From: Neodothiora populina
Taxonomy: Eukaryota
Direction of reading: 5' to 3'
Length of the DNA stretch: 64,000 nucleotides
Assembly: GCF_041146345.1 (NCBI RefSeq)
Contig: NW_027191405.1
Span: forward strand, 1,612,001 to 1,676,000
Below are positions 1 to 10,455 of this stretch, in pieces. The notes beneath the pieces are model-generated. The model made no database searches. It was not told the DNA's origin and was given only the letters and a program-made list of their open reading frames with translations. A program made the translations under genes and the position numbers. The first letter of the stretch is position 1, and the number at the start of each line of letters is the position of its first letter.

Positions 1-103
1 CCTAGGTTGACGTGGGAAACCATGTCTTTGTGTCGGCTCACTACTTTCCATTTCATTTCATTGCTTCTCGCTTTCTCTTCTTTTCCTTTTCCTCTATTAG
101 ACC

Positions 104-2420
104 ATGAGTAAAATGCAGACTCCAGAGCAGAAAAAGGTTGCGTTCGACCAACTATATGCTTTGGATCAGTCGGACGGAGAGGGCGACCCTGGCCTTTCCG
201 CTTCACTAGAAGCACTGAGTGGCAAGCGATTACACAATTCAGATACAATTCCATCAACCACAACGAGAAAAAACACATCCATAAATCGCTCGGTCTCTAC
301 TCCATTTCCTCCTGGTGGACAATTACGACATGTGGAAGCAATCACGGTAAACTCGTTATCAGACGAGGCGGACATGGTCAAAGAAACACAGTCACGGCAA
401 CTCAGGAGAAGTGCAACAATCACTGGAGCCGAGAAGGGCGCACCCGTCACATGCTCTTCATCAGCCATTCCTAGAGCACTGGGTAAACGTAAACGGGATG
501 CCGAAATCAAACTCGCCCCTGAAGACCACCGTGTTTTCTCCGGGCTACACTTTTGTACATTCGAGGCATCTGACAATATTCATTGCATCACAGCTGACAG
601 CAAACAATCAGACTTCTTCCCAAATGACGAAATCCACCCCGCTCGTCGTGCAAGAATCATCAAGGCGCTAGAGTATGGCGCGACCTGGCAGAGAGAATGG
701 AGCCCATCCATCACTCACCTCGTGGTCGACAACAGCATGAAGTGGGACAGTGTCCTCAGCTATCTCTCCACCAGAGGTGGTCTTCCTTCGAAAGAGATCC
801 CTGTGCGTCGCAATTCAGTCGTGCCATAGAACAGAGAAAAAGCTAACTTCTCCAAGCCAAATGTTGTTGTAGTCAACGAAGACTACCCTTCCGATTGCAT
901 CACCTATCGTGTCATGGTGCATCCCAAGCAGATCCAGTATCTAGTCAATGGGTATACTCCGCCTGTAACTAAGCCTACAGAGACTGCAGAAACAAGTGCG
1001 CAAGCTGTACCCGTCACAGGGTCGTCACAGGTCTCGGATGAGTCGCTGCAACCCAAGCCCCCTGGAAGCAAAGTCAGGGCCAAGCAGCCACAAACTCCGT
1101 CGAGAACAGAGGAGACGCCCAGTCTACCATCAGCCGCTGCAGCACCATCAAACGAAAACAGTAACGAAGGCAGTAACGGACAGACTGGTGGGGACGAGCT
1201 TGACGCCGCCATTCGTGATGCCAAGGGCATCGATGAATCGGTATGTGTTCCTTCTGAGCATCCATCGTGCTAGAGGGACAGTGCACTTATATCAACTTCA
1301 GGACATGCAAGATCAATCAGAGGAACCAACAGCAACAACAACAGCACCTTGGCAGCAGAACTTCCAGTGCATGCACAAACACACTGGAGGCGCCAACGAC
1401 ACCAACAACACCGGGCCAAACACACGCACCTTACAAATCCTGACCGAGCTATCAGACTACTACACAACCATGCAAGACCCCTGGCGCTCAAAATCCTACC
1501 GCAGCGCCATCGCCACCCTCCGCAAACACCCCACCCGCATAACAACCAAAGCGCAAGCCCTCAGCCTGCCGGGAATCGGCGACTCAATCGCCGAGAAAAT
1601 CGAAGAAATCGTGCAAACCAACCGGCTGCGCAAAGTCGCCTACACGACGCTCGACCCCACGCAAAAGATCCTCCAGACCTTCCTCAAGATCCACGGCGTG
1701 GGCTACCCGACGGCCTCGCGCTGGGTCGCAGCCGGCCACCGCACACTGCACGACGTGATGAAAAACGCCGCATCTCTCGACCTGACGCCCAACCAGCGCA
1801 TCGGAATCGAGCACTACGACGACTTCAACGCGCGCATCCCGCGCTCCGAAGTCGAGCGGCACGCGAACATCGTGCGCAGCGCACTACAAGGCCTGACGTC
1901 GCCATCGGAGACCTACGCAGTCTACACCATGGGCTCGTACCGGCGCGGCGCCGAGTCGTCGGGGGACATCGACCTGCTCATCACGGCGTCGGCGTCGACT
2001 CCTCTGTCCTCGATCCGCGCCACCGTCGTCGAGCGCCTCGTGCCTCTGCTCACCCGCACAGGATATCTAGTCGCCACACTGGCGCAGACGGCGCTCTCAG
2101 ACGGCACGAAATGGCAGGGCGCGTGTCGGCTGCCGAACGCGCATATCTGGCGCCGACTGGACCTCTTGCTCGTCCCCGAGGCTGAGCTGGGCGCTGCGCT
2201 GATTTACTTCACTGGAAACGATATCTTCAATCGCAGTCTGCGGCTGCTGGCTGGGCGCAAGGGTATGCGGTTGAATCAGAGGGGGCTGTATAGGGATGTC
2301 ATGAGCGGCGAGGGGCGGGAGAAGGTTACTGAGGGGGAGCTGGTGGAGGGGAGGGATGAAAGGGTGATCTTCAAGGCGTTGGGCGTGCCGTGGAGACCGC
2401 CTAATCATAGGATCTGTTGA
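104..2420 (+). CDS. POL4: DNA polymerase X family (Pol lambda/Pol4) with N-terminal BRCT; exons 104-554, 612-802, 857-1240, 1302-2420
   Basis: PolX motifs: YRSAIATL, LPGIGDSIAEKIEEI (HhH), MGSYRRGAESSGDIDLLIT, RRLDLL, YFTGNDIFNRSLR. BRCT-like ITHLVVD...VVNEDYPSDCI. Three GT-AG introns (555-611, 803-856, 1241-1301) join the ORF fragments in frame. Confidence 0.92.
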
Positions 2421-3204
2421 TTTGAAGTACATGGCGTGCGCACGTGGAGAATGCTGGCTTGGTTGGTATGCGGGGCGAGAGAAAAGTGTCAATCGGTCGT
2501 TCGCCCCCCAGGTAATAAGTTGGGATGAAAACATTGTGATTTGAATAGACACGACAGCGATGATATCCCTCCACTTCTTCAGAACCAAACACATTCATCC
2601 GAAGTAGACAAGAGTCGACCAAGCCCTCTAGCATCTCCCAAACACCCAAGCCACGAGGAAGCGAAGAACAAGAACAAAAGCAGCCGCGTGAAAAGCTAAG
2701 ATCCAATGAACACAAATGACCAGATACGAACTTATACCAGGCATGAACAAGAATAGCAAAAGAAAGGGGGGGTATTTGTTGCATCAAGAAAGCAAAAAAA
2801 CAGCCAAGACAAGACAGGAACAGAAGAAAGGGCAGGCGGCTCGCGCACCGATATGAACTAGCCTTGCTTTGCCTCCCATCTGCGCCTTTGAAGAAGGAAT
2901 ATCGACTGCGGGAAAATCAGGTAGGTCTGACTTCGCAGTAGAGGGAGAAGAAGAAGCGAAACAAAAAGGGCCGAGTGAAGCCGCCAGCGCCATGCTAAAA
3001 ATCGGAATCAAGGCAAACGTGGAGAGAAAACAAACACGAGAAAGTGAAGAAAGCAAAAAGGGGATAAGCGGAAAGGGGATCGAGAAGAGCGACAGCGAAA
3101 CTTCCGCAATGTACAAATAGCCGTGGCAGAAATTAAGAATATCCGGGAAAATCACACAAGATGGCGACACCATGCATTCGATCGAGAACGCCACTTCCAC
3201 ACTT

Positions 3205-5668
3205 TCACACAGGCAAAAGCAGCGGAGCCAGGAACTTGAGATCCCAAGCTCTGGCGCCCTTGGCCTCTTCTCCCTCCCACGCCAGTTTGTTCAGCTCCTG
3301 GTCACTGAGACCGTGAACGGTCCAGAGATCTTTGGCTTTGAGTCCTGTGCGTTCGATCCACTTGGCAGCGAGCTGCTGCTGGCTGTCGGCGCCTTCTGTG
3401 TCTGGAGAGATGACGACAGGGAGAGCCTTATTGATGGTGGATATGACTGATAGGGTGTCATCATCGGATATGTGGATCGTAGGTGGAAGGCCACGCATAC
3501 GAAGCAGAAGTTGAAGGAGTTCGGCGAATCTGTAGCCTTGAGGCCAGTAGTTTGAGGGAGAATTGGGAAGAGGCCACTCTGATGAGACGCCAGTGTCTAT
3601 TCCGTGGTTGTCAAGTCCCGTCACAGCGCCGTTCTCGCTGTCAGGAGTAATGGTGATTCTGGTGGCGTCAAGGGCTTTGGTCCCCCCTGCATCGGTCGCG
3701 CATGCAGTCACCGGGTCGAAAGAGCGGTAGAGCGCTGTCATCCTCTCCACACAGTTCAACATGATGACGGCAGACAAGAAGGTCAGGAAAGTGGACGACT
3801 GTTGTCGCTGAAGAAGTCGACGCTCGAGCTCGTTCAGGGCTACCTTGGCCTGCTTTTGGCAATATCGTTCGGCGGCATCTTGCAATTGAGCATGCATAAT
3901 ATGGTAGTCTTCGCTCTCAGGATGAAATATGAGCCGACTCCCAACACTGTTATCAGATGAGTCCGAATGGTCGTTCTTCGTACCCGAGGCCAAGACGTGC
4001 TCCGCGAGAGGCTGGTCCTGTCCGTTGTAGGCAATGGTCCATAGCGGTTTCTGAGAAACGAGTATGTTGGTAGCGCACCAAAGATGGACAAATTTGGTCA
4101 TCAGGGCATCGTTGTTTTCAGCAGACAACTCTACAGCCATTTCCAGAGTGGCATTAATGATCGGCGAGACCTCAGCAGCGATGCATTGAGGGACGGCAGC
4201 ATTGATATACCGCTCGAGCTTCACCGCTAGCGTGTCTTCGGTCTTGAAACTCAGCAAGTATATGTCTGCTGGGGGCGAGTCATCTTGTCGATGATTTACA
4301 AGCTCGGGGTCAAAGCCATCCTCGGCCAGATGGCCACAGCGATTGGTCTTCAAAGCCGGGAATGTTCCATACGAATTTGACTCGGGGAACAGAGTGGCCT
4401 CTATCCTGCCAGCAACAGACTGGGGCTCGTTGCCGTTCAGGGATGCATAGACCTTGGCCCGATCCTTGCTGTAGAAGTATGCGGTCGAATAGAGGGCGAA
4501 CTCGTCAGCGACGCGTGTCCGGATACACGCGCCCTTCCACAGTCTCGCAGCCTCGATGTTCTTGCAAGTGCCACAAGGAGTCCCTTCTGAGCAAGGCTTC
4601 TTAAGCATGCGACATCTGAGACAAGCACCTTTCTTACGAACATTTTGTACCTCCTTCCGCCTCTCCTCGCTGAATCTGCCTCGTGCCTTGCTCTTGTTTG
4701 CTCGCTGTAGTAATCCAAATCCACCGTGGGTCATGGCAAAGGAGGACGTTTGGTCGTCGTTGAAGTGGGCGGTAGGAGGTGAATTGTCGGCAGAGTGCTG
4801 GCGCAGAAGAGGATCAACGGCTGGAGGAGGTCGCTCGGCATAGTAGGAGAGGTACGAGTTGGGGATGGTCGGATCCGGGGCTGGCGACGCCTTTCTCTTC
4901 TTCCCTCGCGTGCCATGAGCCCGCGAGTGTTGCATGGCAGCTTCAGCCAATTGTTCGTTTGTTGAGACCACTGCAGTTTCGTCGAGGTTCGGAGGCGTGG
5001 TCGAAGGAGTGAAAGACGCGCCAATGCGTGCATGAGGATCGCCCACTGAGGGCACGTCTTCATCCTCGTCCATGTGCTGCTGCAACTGAGCGATGAAGTT
5101 GTCATCAGCTACAACCTGTCCGTTGGCCTGCAATTGACGCGAAACCTCAGCCAGAGCATCCAATCCAGATGGTTCTCTCTGGGTCGCGAACGGCAGCATG
5201 TCCGTGGGCGTCGGAAGCTGCCCATACTGGCCATTGGTATTGTTGATACCAGAAAGAGACTGTTGCTGCGAGTGATGCGATGGTGTCTCAGCAGGCTGCC
5301 ACAGCGCTCTTGCCCGGTCCGCCTGAGTGATCTTGGGACATTTTTCAAAGAGGTGTCGAATCAAACTGTCAGGTCGACCTTTGGGAAACTGTGAGATGAG
5401 ATTAGTATATTCAGATTCAGCACATGGAAAAGAATTGTAGATTCTTGTTCGCTCTTTCTAGACGAAAAGTAAAGGAGGAAGGAGACGAAAGAAAAGTAAA
5501 AGCAGAGAAAACGAGAGAGATAAAAAGACGATGATTAAAAGACGAGCAAGGGGGACTCACCACTTCGCCACATCTCCTACAGGTATGCTGATATCTATTG
5601 CTCTGATCATTTAATTTGGGGCCACGCTCAAAGAACTCCAATATCAGCGCATTTGGTTTTCGACCCAT
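3205..5668 (-). CDS. Fungal transcription factor with N-terminal BED-like zinc finger and Zn2Cys6-like cluster; exons 5668-5561, 5388-3205
   Basis: Intron 5560-5389 (GTGAGT...CTAAT...CAG) gives MGRKPNALILEFF...CRRCGEVFPKGRPDSLIRHLFEKCP. Downstream basic region followed by CLRCRMLKKPCSEGTPCGTC. Confidence 0.82.
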
Positions 5669-6563
5669 GCTAGGCCAGAACACGAACAAGCTTAGCTTGC
5701 CGGTGCTGAACCTCCCATGAGAGAATCGAGTTCGCCCTTGCTGGCAATCCTGTTAATTGCGACAAGAAAGTAAACAGAGAACCCTCCCAAAAAGAATAAA
5801 ATGGTCTTTGTTGATCTATTTGTTCTATCCACTTTCCCCCTCGTGAAGCACCGAAGGCGGTGAGAGATGATGGTCGGCTTTCTGGTGACGTTGTCCGCCG
5901 ACAATGCCAAGCTCGGGGATTAAGTGCGACCTGCAGTCTGTGGTTCCCATGAATCCCCGCGGCGGTGGGTCTCCTCGACATGGTTGTGGTTACTATTAGG
6001 TGCACTTCTGATCTTTGTCTCCATCACGAAGATTGCGATCTCTTACGAGGCTATCCGTCTGCTCTTGCAGGGTAATGGGGAGAGTCCGGAGAGCTCAAAT
6101 GTCGGCTTGCCATGGAAAGAGCTTGCAGAGGCTGAAGACGAGGAATGAGGAAGGTACATGTAAGTCCAGTACAGCACGACTGGAAGCAGGTAAGTGCAGC
6201 AAACCCCACCTGCGATAAGGACCTGTTGGAGACCAAAGCACACACTTGGGACAGCATATTGTATTGCAGTATGTCTCCTGAGAGCAATGTGTTATGCCAT
6301 GTCACCGCCTATTGCACTCACATACACGAACAGTGTCTCGGGGAGTCTGGATATAATTTATAGGCGTAGTAGACACGCTAAAACGAATATAGAAGACTCG
6401 TCAAATCATGATGTTCAACAACAATAACTTTTTTACTTTTCCCCTTTTGTTGCGGTGCAATGTACAATTGCCGAATTCGCAAGCTTCCTTTTTCCCTTCT
6501 CTTTCCCCATCGCTCAAAAACATGCCAATTAGGACATCATCATCATCATAACCGTTGGCCCTT

Positions 6564-8407
6564 TCAACCAACACTGACGCCTATGCTGCTGCTCCCAGCA
6601 ACACTAGCCGCCCGACTCCTGTTATTTCCCACGACCGAAGCGGAAGGTTTTCTCTTCCACTTTGACGTATATTCGGCCCACTTCATCGGATCGGCGTACA
6701 ACGCGGTCCCATGTGCCTTTTCTCTACAATGTCGTTCTAGTCGCTGACATCGACTATCTCTATACGTACACCCAGCCTCCGGACACGGTATGCTTGTTCG
6801 CTCATCCTCGTGCACTGTCTTGCGGTGTTTGCTCAAATTGCTGCTGTCCGCATATTTATCTCCGCAGAATCGGCAGCCAAAAGGCTTGTCGTTTGTGTGT
6901 GTGCGTTTGTGTGTTGAGAGCGCAGTCTTGACGCTAAAGGACTTGGTGCACCCAGGGAAATCACAGACGAAGGGCTTGGAGCGCGTGTGGGTCGTCATGT
7001 GGTTGGTCAATTGCTGGTGCGTGACACAGCGGTGGCCACAAATGTTGCAGGCAAACGGTTTGAACCCCGTATGATTCTGCATGTGTCTGTCTAGATGATT
7101 CTTCGTACCAAACGGATCGGTCTTGTCACACCCTAGCCATCGGCATTTGTAGTCGCGATTAGATCCGCGGTTACCGACGAGCGTACTGGTGTGCTCCTTG
7201 ACATGATTATGAAAGTCCTCACAGGATGTGAAGGTGGTGTTACAAATTCTGTATTTTTGCGTCAGCAAATAAATCCTCTGTACGAGATCATGAAGCATCT
7301 TACCCTGTGATCTCATCATGCCATCTACATGTCAAGCCCTCTGGCGGTACAGACTCGACATGATAAGAAATAGCGACAGACTGCGGTCGAGCATGATGTT
7401 GAGACGATGCAGTGGACAAAGTGGAGGGGCCTGTGAGGAGGAGGTCCCCTGCAAAATGATAGCCGTAGTCTTGCCAGGTGTCTGCAAGACCTCCATCGGG
7501 TTTAGCAAAGGTCTGCTCCATGACCTTCGCCTCGTACATGGCCTGCTCGTTGGATTTCATGTCGATCTTTCTACGTTTGCGTTGAGAAGGGAACCTATCT
7601 CGAGTTAGCGTGGACATTGAGAAATGTGATAGGATATGAGTATTACCCGTCGTCGGTAGGCGACATGCCCCATCCATGACCACTGGATGCGTTGAGGAAG
7701 GCCTGAGTGGCCGCTGCCTCGACAAGTGATTGAAAATGAAGATTCGTCGGAGTGGGGAGTGTTTCCGACAAGTCGGTATGAGGAGTGCTAATGGTGCTTG
7801 CAGACATGCTGTCTTGAGAGACCAACGAGCATGATGAAAATTGGTCCACGTTGCAGGGTTGCTGGCATGGTTGAGGTAGCGGGGCGTGGCAATGCGTGTG
7901 AGGCAATTGACAGTCTTGCACACACGGTTTATGGCAGTCCTGCACCTTGTGCGGACAGATGTCGGACAGGCAGCAGTACAGAACGCCCTCATCGCATTGT
8001 GGATCGGAGCATGCTACAGTGGCGCAAGCGGAGTTGCAATCTTTGGCATGTTGCGGCTCATGACATTCGGCTTCATGGCAGGTGTCGGTGCAGGGAAACA
8101 GATTGCAGTCGGCAAAGTCGAAATTGCATACGTCGCCCTCGCAAGGGAAGACGTCATCACATTCGAAATGGTCCTGACACCAGCTCAGATCGCTGTTGCA
8201 TGGCAGCAGATCGTGCGCGTTGTGGTCGAAGCATTTCGTGGACTCGTCGCAGTCCGGTTTGTCGCAAGGTGGGGAGAAATGGCAGTGCTCGGTCAGATTG
8301 CAGGGAAAGTCAGGGATATTCTGGGCAAATCTAGCATGAACCGGATCCTGCAGTTCAGAGGTCAGAGCCGCAGGACCGTGGTGCGCAAAATGCCTCTTCT
8401 TCGCCAT
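6564..8407 (-). CDS. zafA: Zinc-responsive C2H2 transcription factor, ZafA/Zap1-like; exons 8407-7647, 7594-7304, 7248-6564 (an in-frame ATG at 8617 is an alternative start)
   Basis: Cys/His-rich N-terminus and six C2H2 fingers, the first two of tandem CWCH2 type (CRW...C, CRWLGC). Introns 7646-7595 and 7303-7249 with CTAAC/CTGAC branch sites join three ORFs in frame. Start codon uncertain. Confidence 0.75.
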
Positions 8408-8711
8408 GGCCGAACCGGATTGTCGGTGGTGGGGTGTTTCCTCAAATTCAAAGTCGCTGACGATTTTGGGAGCTGTGAATGGCTGCACTTTCGTCTCTTT
8501 CGTGGGGTCGGCGCTCGGCAGATTGTGGTCGTCGACGGCAGGATCAAGTGGATAGGCAGGAAGAGAGGTTTGGGCAATGGCGAATTCACCAGACCAAACA
8601 TGATAAGAAGAGCCCATAGCTACTGTCCGAGATATTGAAAAAGCTTGCGACTGATATTCAACGCATTGTGTCACTTTTCACCATATGTTTTCTATGCATA
8701 ACCAACAACGA

Positions 8712-8726
8712 GAGCACCTTGATGGC
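8712..8726 (-). promoter_or_regulatory. Candidate ZafA zinc-response (ZR) element upstream of zafA
   Basis: Minus strand GCCATCAAGGTGCTC fits the Aspergillus ZafA consensus DYYVYCARGGTVYYY (recalled from memory) at all 15 positions. Confidence 0.5.
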
Positions 8727-9192
8727 TGCACCTTTGGTCTGTTTCGCCCGCCTCCCAATATATGCGAGCCTCTTCACCTCTCCTTTGGGTCGTCTGTGTC
8801 TGCGCAGCCGCCATGAGATCATCTCACGCACTACTTGTACCTATGGGACCTTCTGTGAGGCTCATACTATGTATATCGACAGCTCGCCTGTCCAGTCGCT
8901 ATATTGAATGAACATTAAAGACGCACTTACCCATGCCAGAACTCATCGTCTCTTCACATCCACGACTCAAAGTTCATCTTGACCCAATTTAAGCCGTGAT
9001 TACCCTGTCTCAAGCCTCAGCCTGTGTCTTCACCCCCGCAGATACGCCCAGAGTCTCGGCGGACTGCCTCTCCATCACCTTTCCATGAACACAACCTTAT
9101 CTACCCTATACAGTAGTTGCCTTTCTGCATCGTGCTCGCGCTCTCAGAAGTAGAGCCCTTGCTTTAACAAAAGCAGCAAAGACATATCAGAC

Positions 9193-9721
9193 ATGGGAAA
9201 TTGTTTCGGCAAGCAATCCACCAAGTTTGAGGGAGAGGGTCGTACCCTTGGCAGCACTCCTCCTGCTCGACCGGTAAATTACGGGACATCGGATTCCACT
9301 GCAAAGAAGTCATCGTATACGCCAACTCCAGCTGGCGGTCGCACGCTTGGTTCCAGCACCAAGGCTACAGGGAATGACCCTAAATCTGCCGCTGCGAGAG
9401 CAGCCGAGGTGCGTGAACATTCAACGTCAAGTCGTACACATAATAGGACTGTGATCACGTCCGCCTGGCTATGACACGCACGCAGAAGGTTGCACCAATT
9501 TGTGATCGCGACGTACCGAGACTCTGTGACCTATTTGCTGAGACTGACTGCTTGCGCCGCCACAGGAACGGGCTAAAGCTGGTCAAGGGAAGGGCAAATT
9601 AGGCCGCCAACTGGATGCGCAGAAAGCCCAAACACATACCGGCACTTTGGCTGCAGCGAGCGCGGAGAATAGGGCTGCCAGAGATGCTGATGCTGCGAAC
9701 GAAGCAAGAGCATGGAGTTGA
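9193..9721 (+). CDS. Small N-myristoylated/palmitoylated protein, SVIP/Ygl108c-like; exons 9193-9408, 9566-9721
   Basis: MGNCFGK dual-acylation N-terminus and two GRTLGS repeats. Intron 9409-9565 (GTGCGT...CTGAC...CAG) gives AAARAAEERAKAGQGKGKLGRQL...EARAWS*. Confidence 0.75.
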
Positions 9722-10455
9722 ACCGACGACCCCAAAGCACTTTTAGACGGAAGATGCGGACAGCTCGCGATTCACGAGTAGTGCGGAAATATGTGATAGT
9801 GCTCCTTCAAGAGGGGTACCTTGGGCAGAAGATCCTCAATCCTCGAGAGACTGAATGCTATGCATCGCATTGTGCTGTGATAGATACCCCAGATGTTACT
9901 GTATGTAGAAAGATTCAAAGGCAGCGCCGAGAGTGTTTCATGCATGTCTTGTGTAAGCGCATTTCCTTGACGCAGCACAACCACCAATGATCGTCCGTCG
10001 TGATTTTTCATGATTTGTTCTTCTCCCTCTCCTGCAAAGCCATGGATGAATTATACTGCACTTTTTTTTCCCCTTCGAACCACGAGAGGCTGCGTGACAA
10101 CTGCCCATGTCCCGCCTCTATCTGATCTGTGCCAACAGCCAGCGCCAAGCCTTTGCCCTTCTGACTCGAAGACAAAGCTCCAGCTACTTACCCGGTTAGC
10201 GACCGATTTCTAGACTTCTTCCAAGTACATGGGACCCATTGACCATCTCAGTCAGTCGTCAAAAAATGTCAAATTATCCAGTATCGTAGCAACACATCTG
10301 CATCGACACCTGTTGATCATTTTCCCCCATATTCGTCAGAGACATGAACTGCAGTCCAGTGCTCGCACTCAAACATCCATTGACGTTTCAGGACTTGCTG
10401 CAAAGTTCTTATCAGATCAAGCCGGATCCGCACTAAGATCAGCCAACATCACAAG

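Noticed and set aside
1349..2185. 278-aa alternative-frame ORF within POL4
   Set aside because: Arg/Pro-rich product of GC-rich codon usage with few off-frame stops.
8930..8934. ATGG followed by GTAAGT as a micro first exon of zafA
   Set aside because: No convincing branch site and acceptor in the required phase; left unmodelled.
9409..9565. Possible snoRNA or hairpin in the SVIP-like gene intron
   Set aside because: No proper box C/D pair; the short helices are mutually competing and unconvincing.
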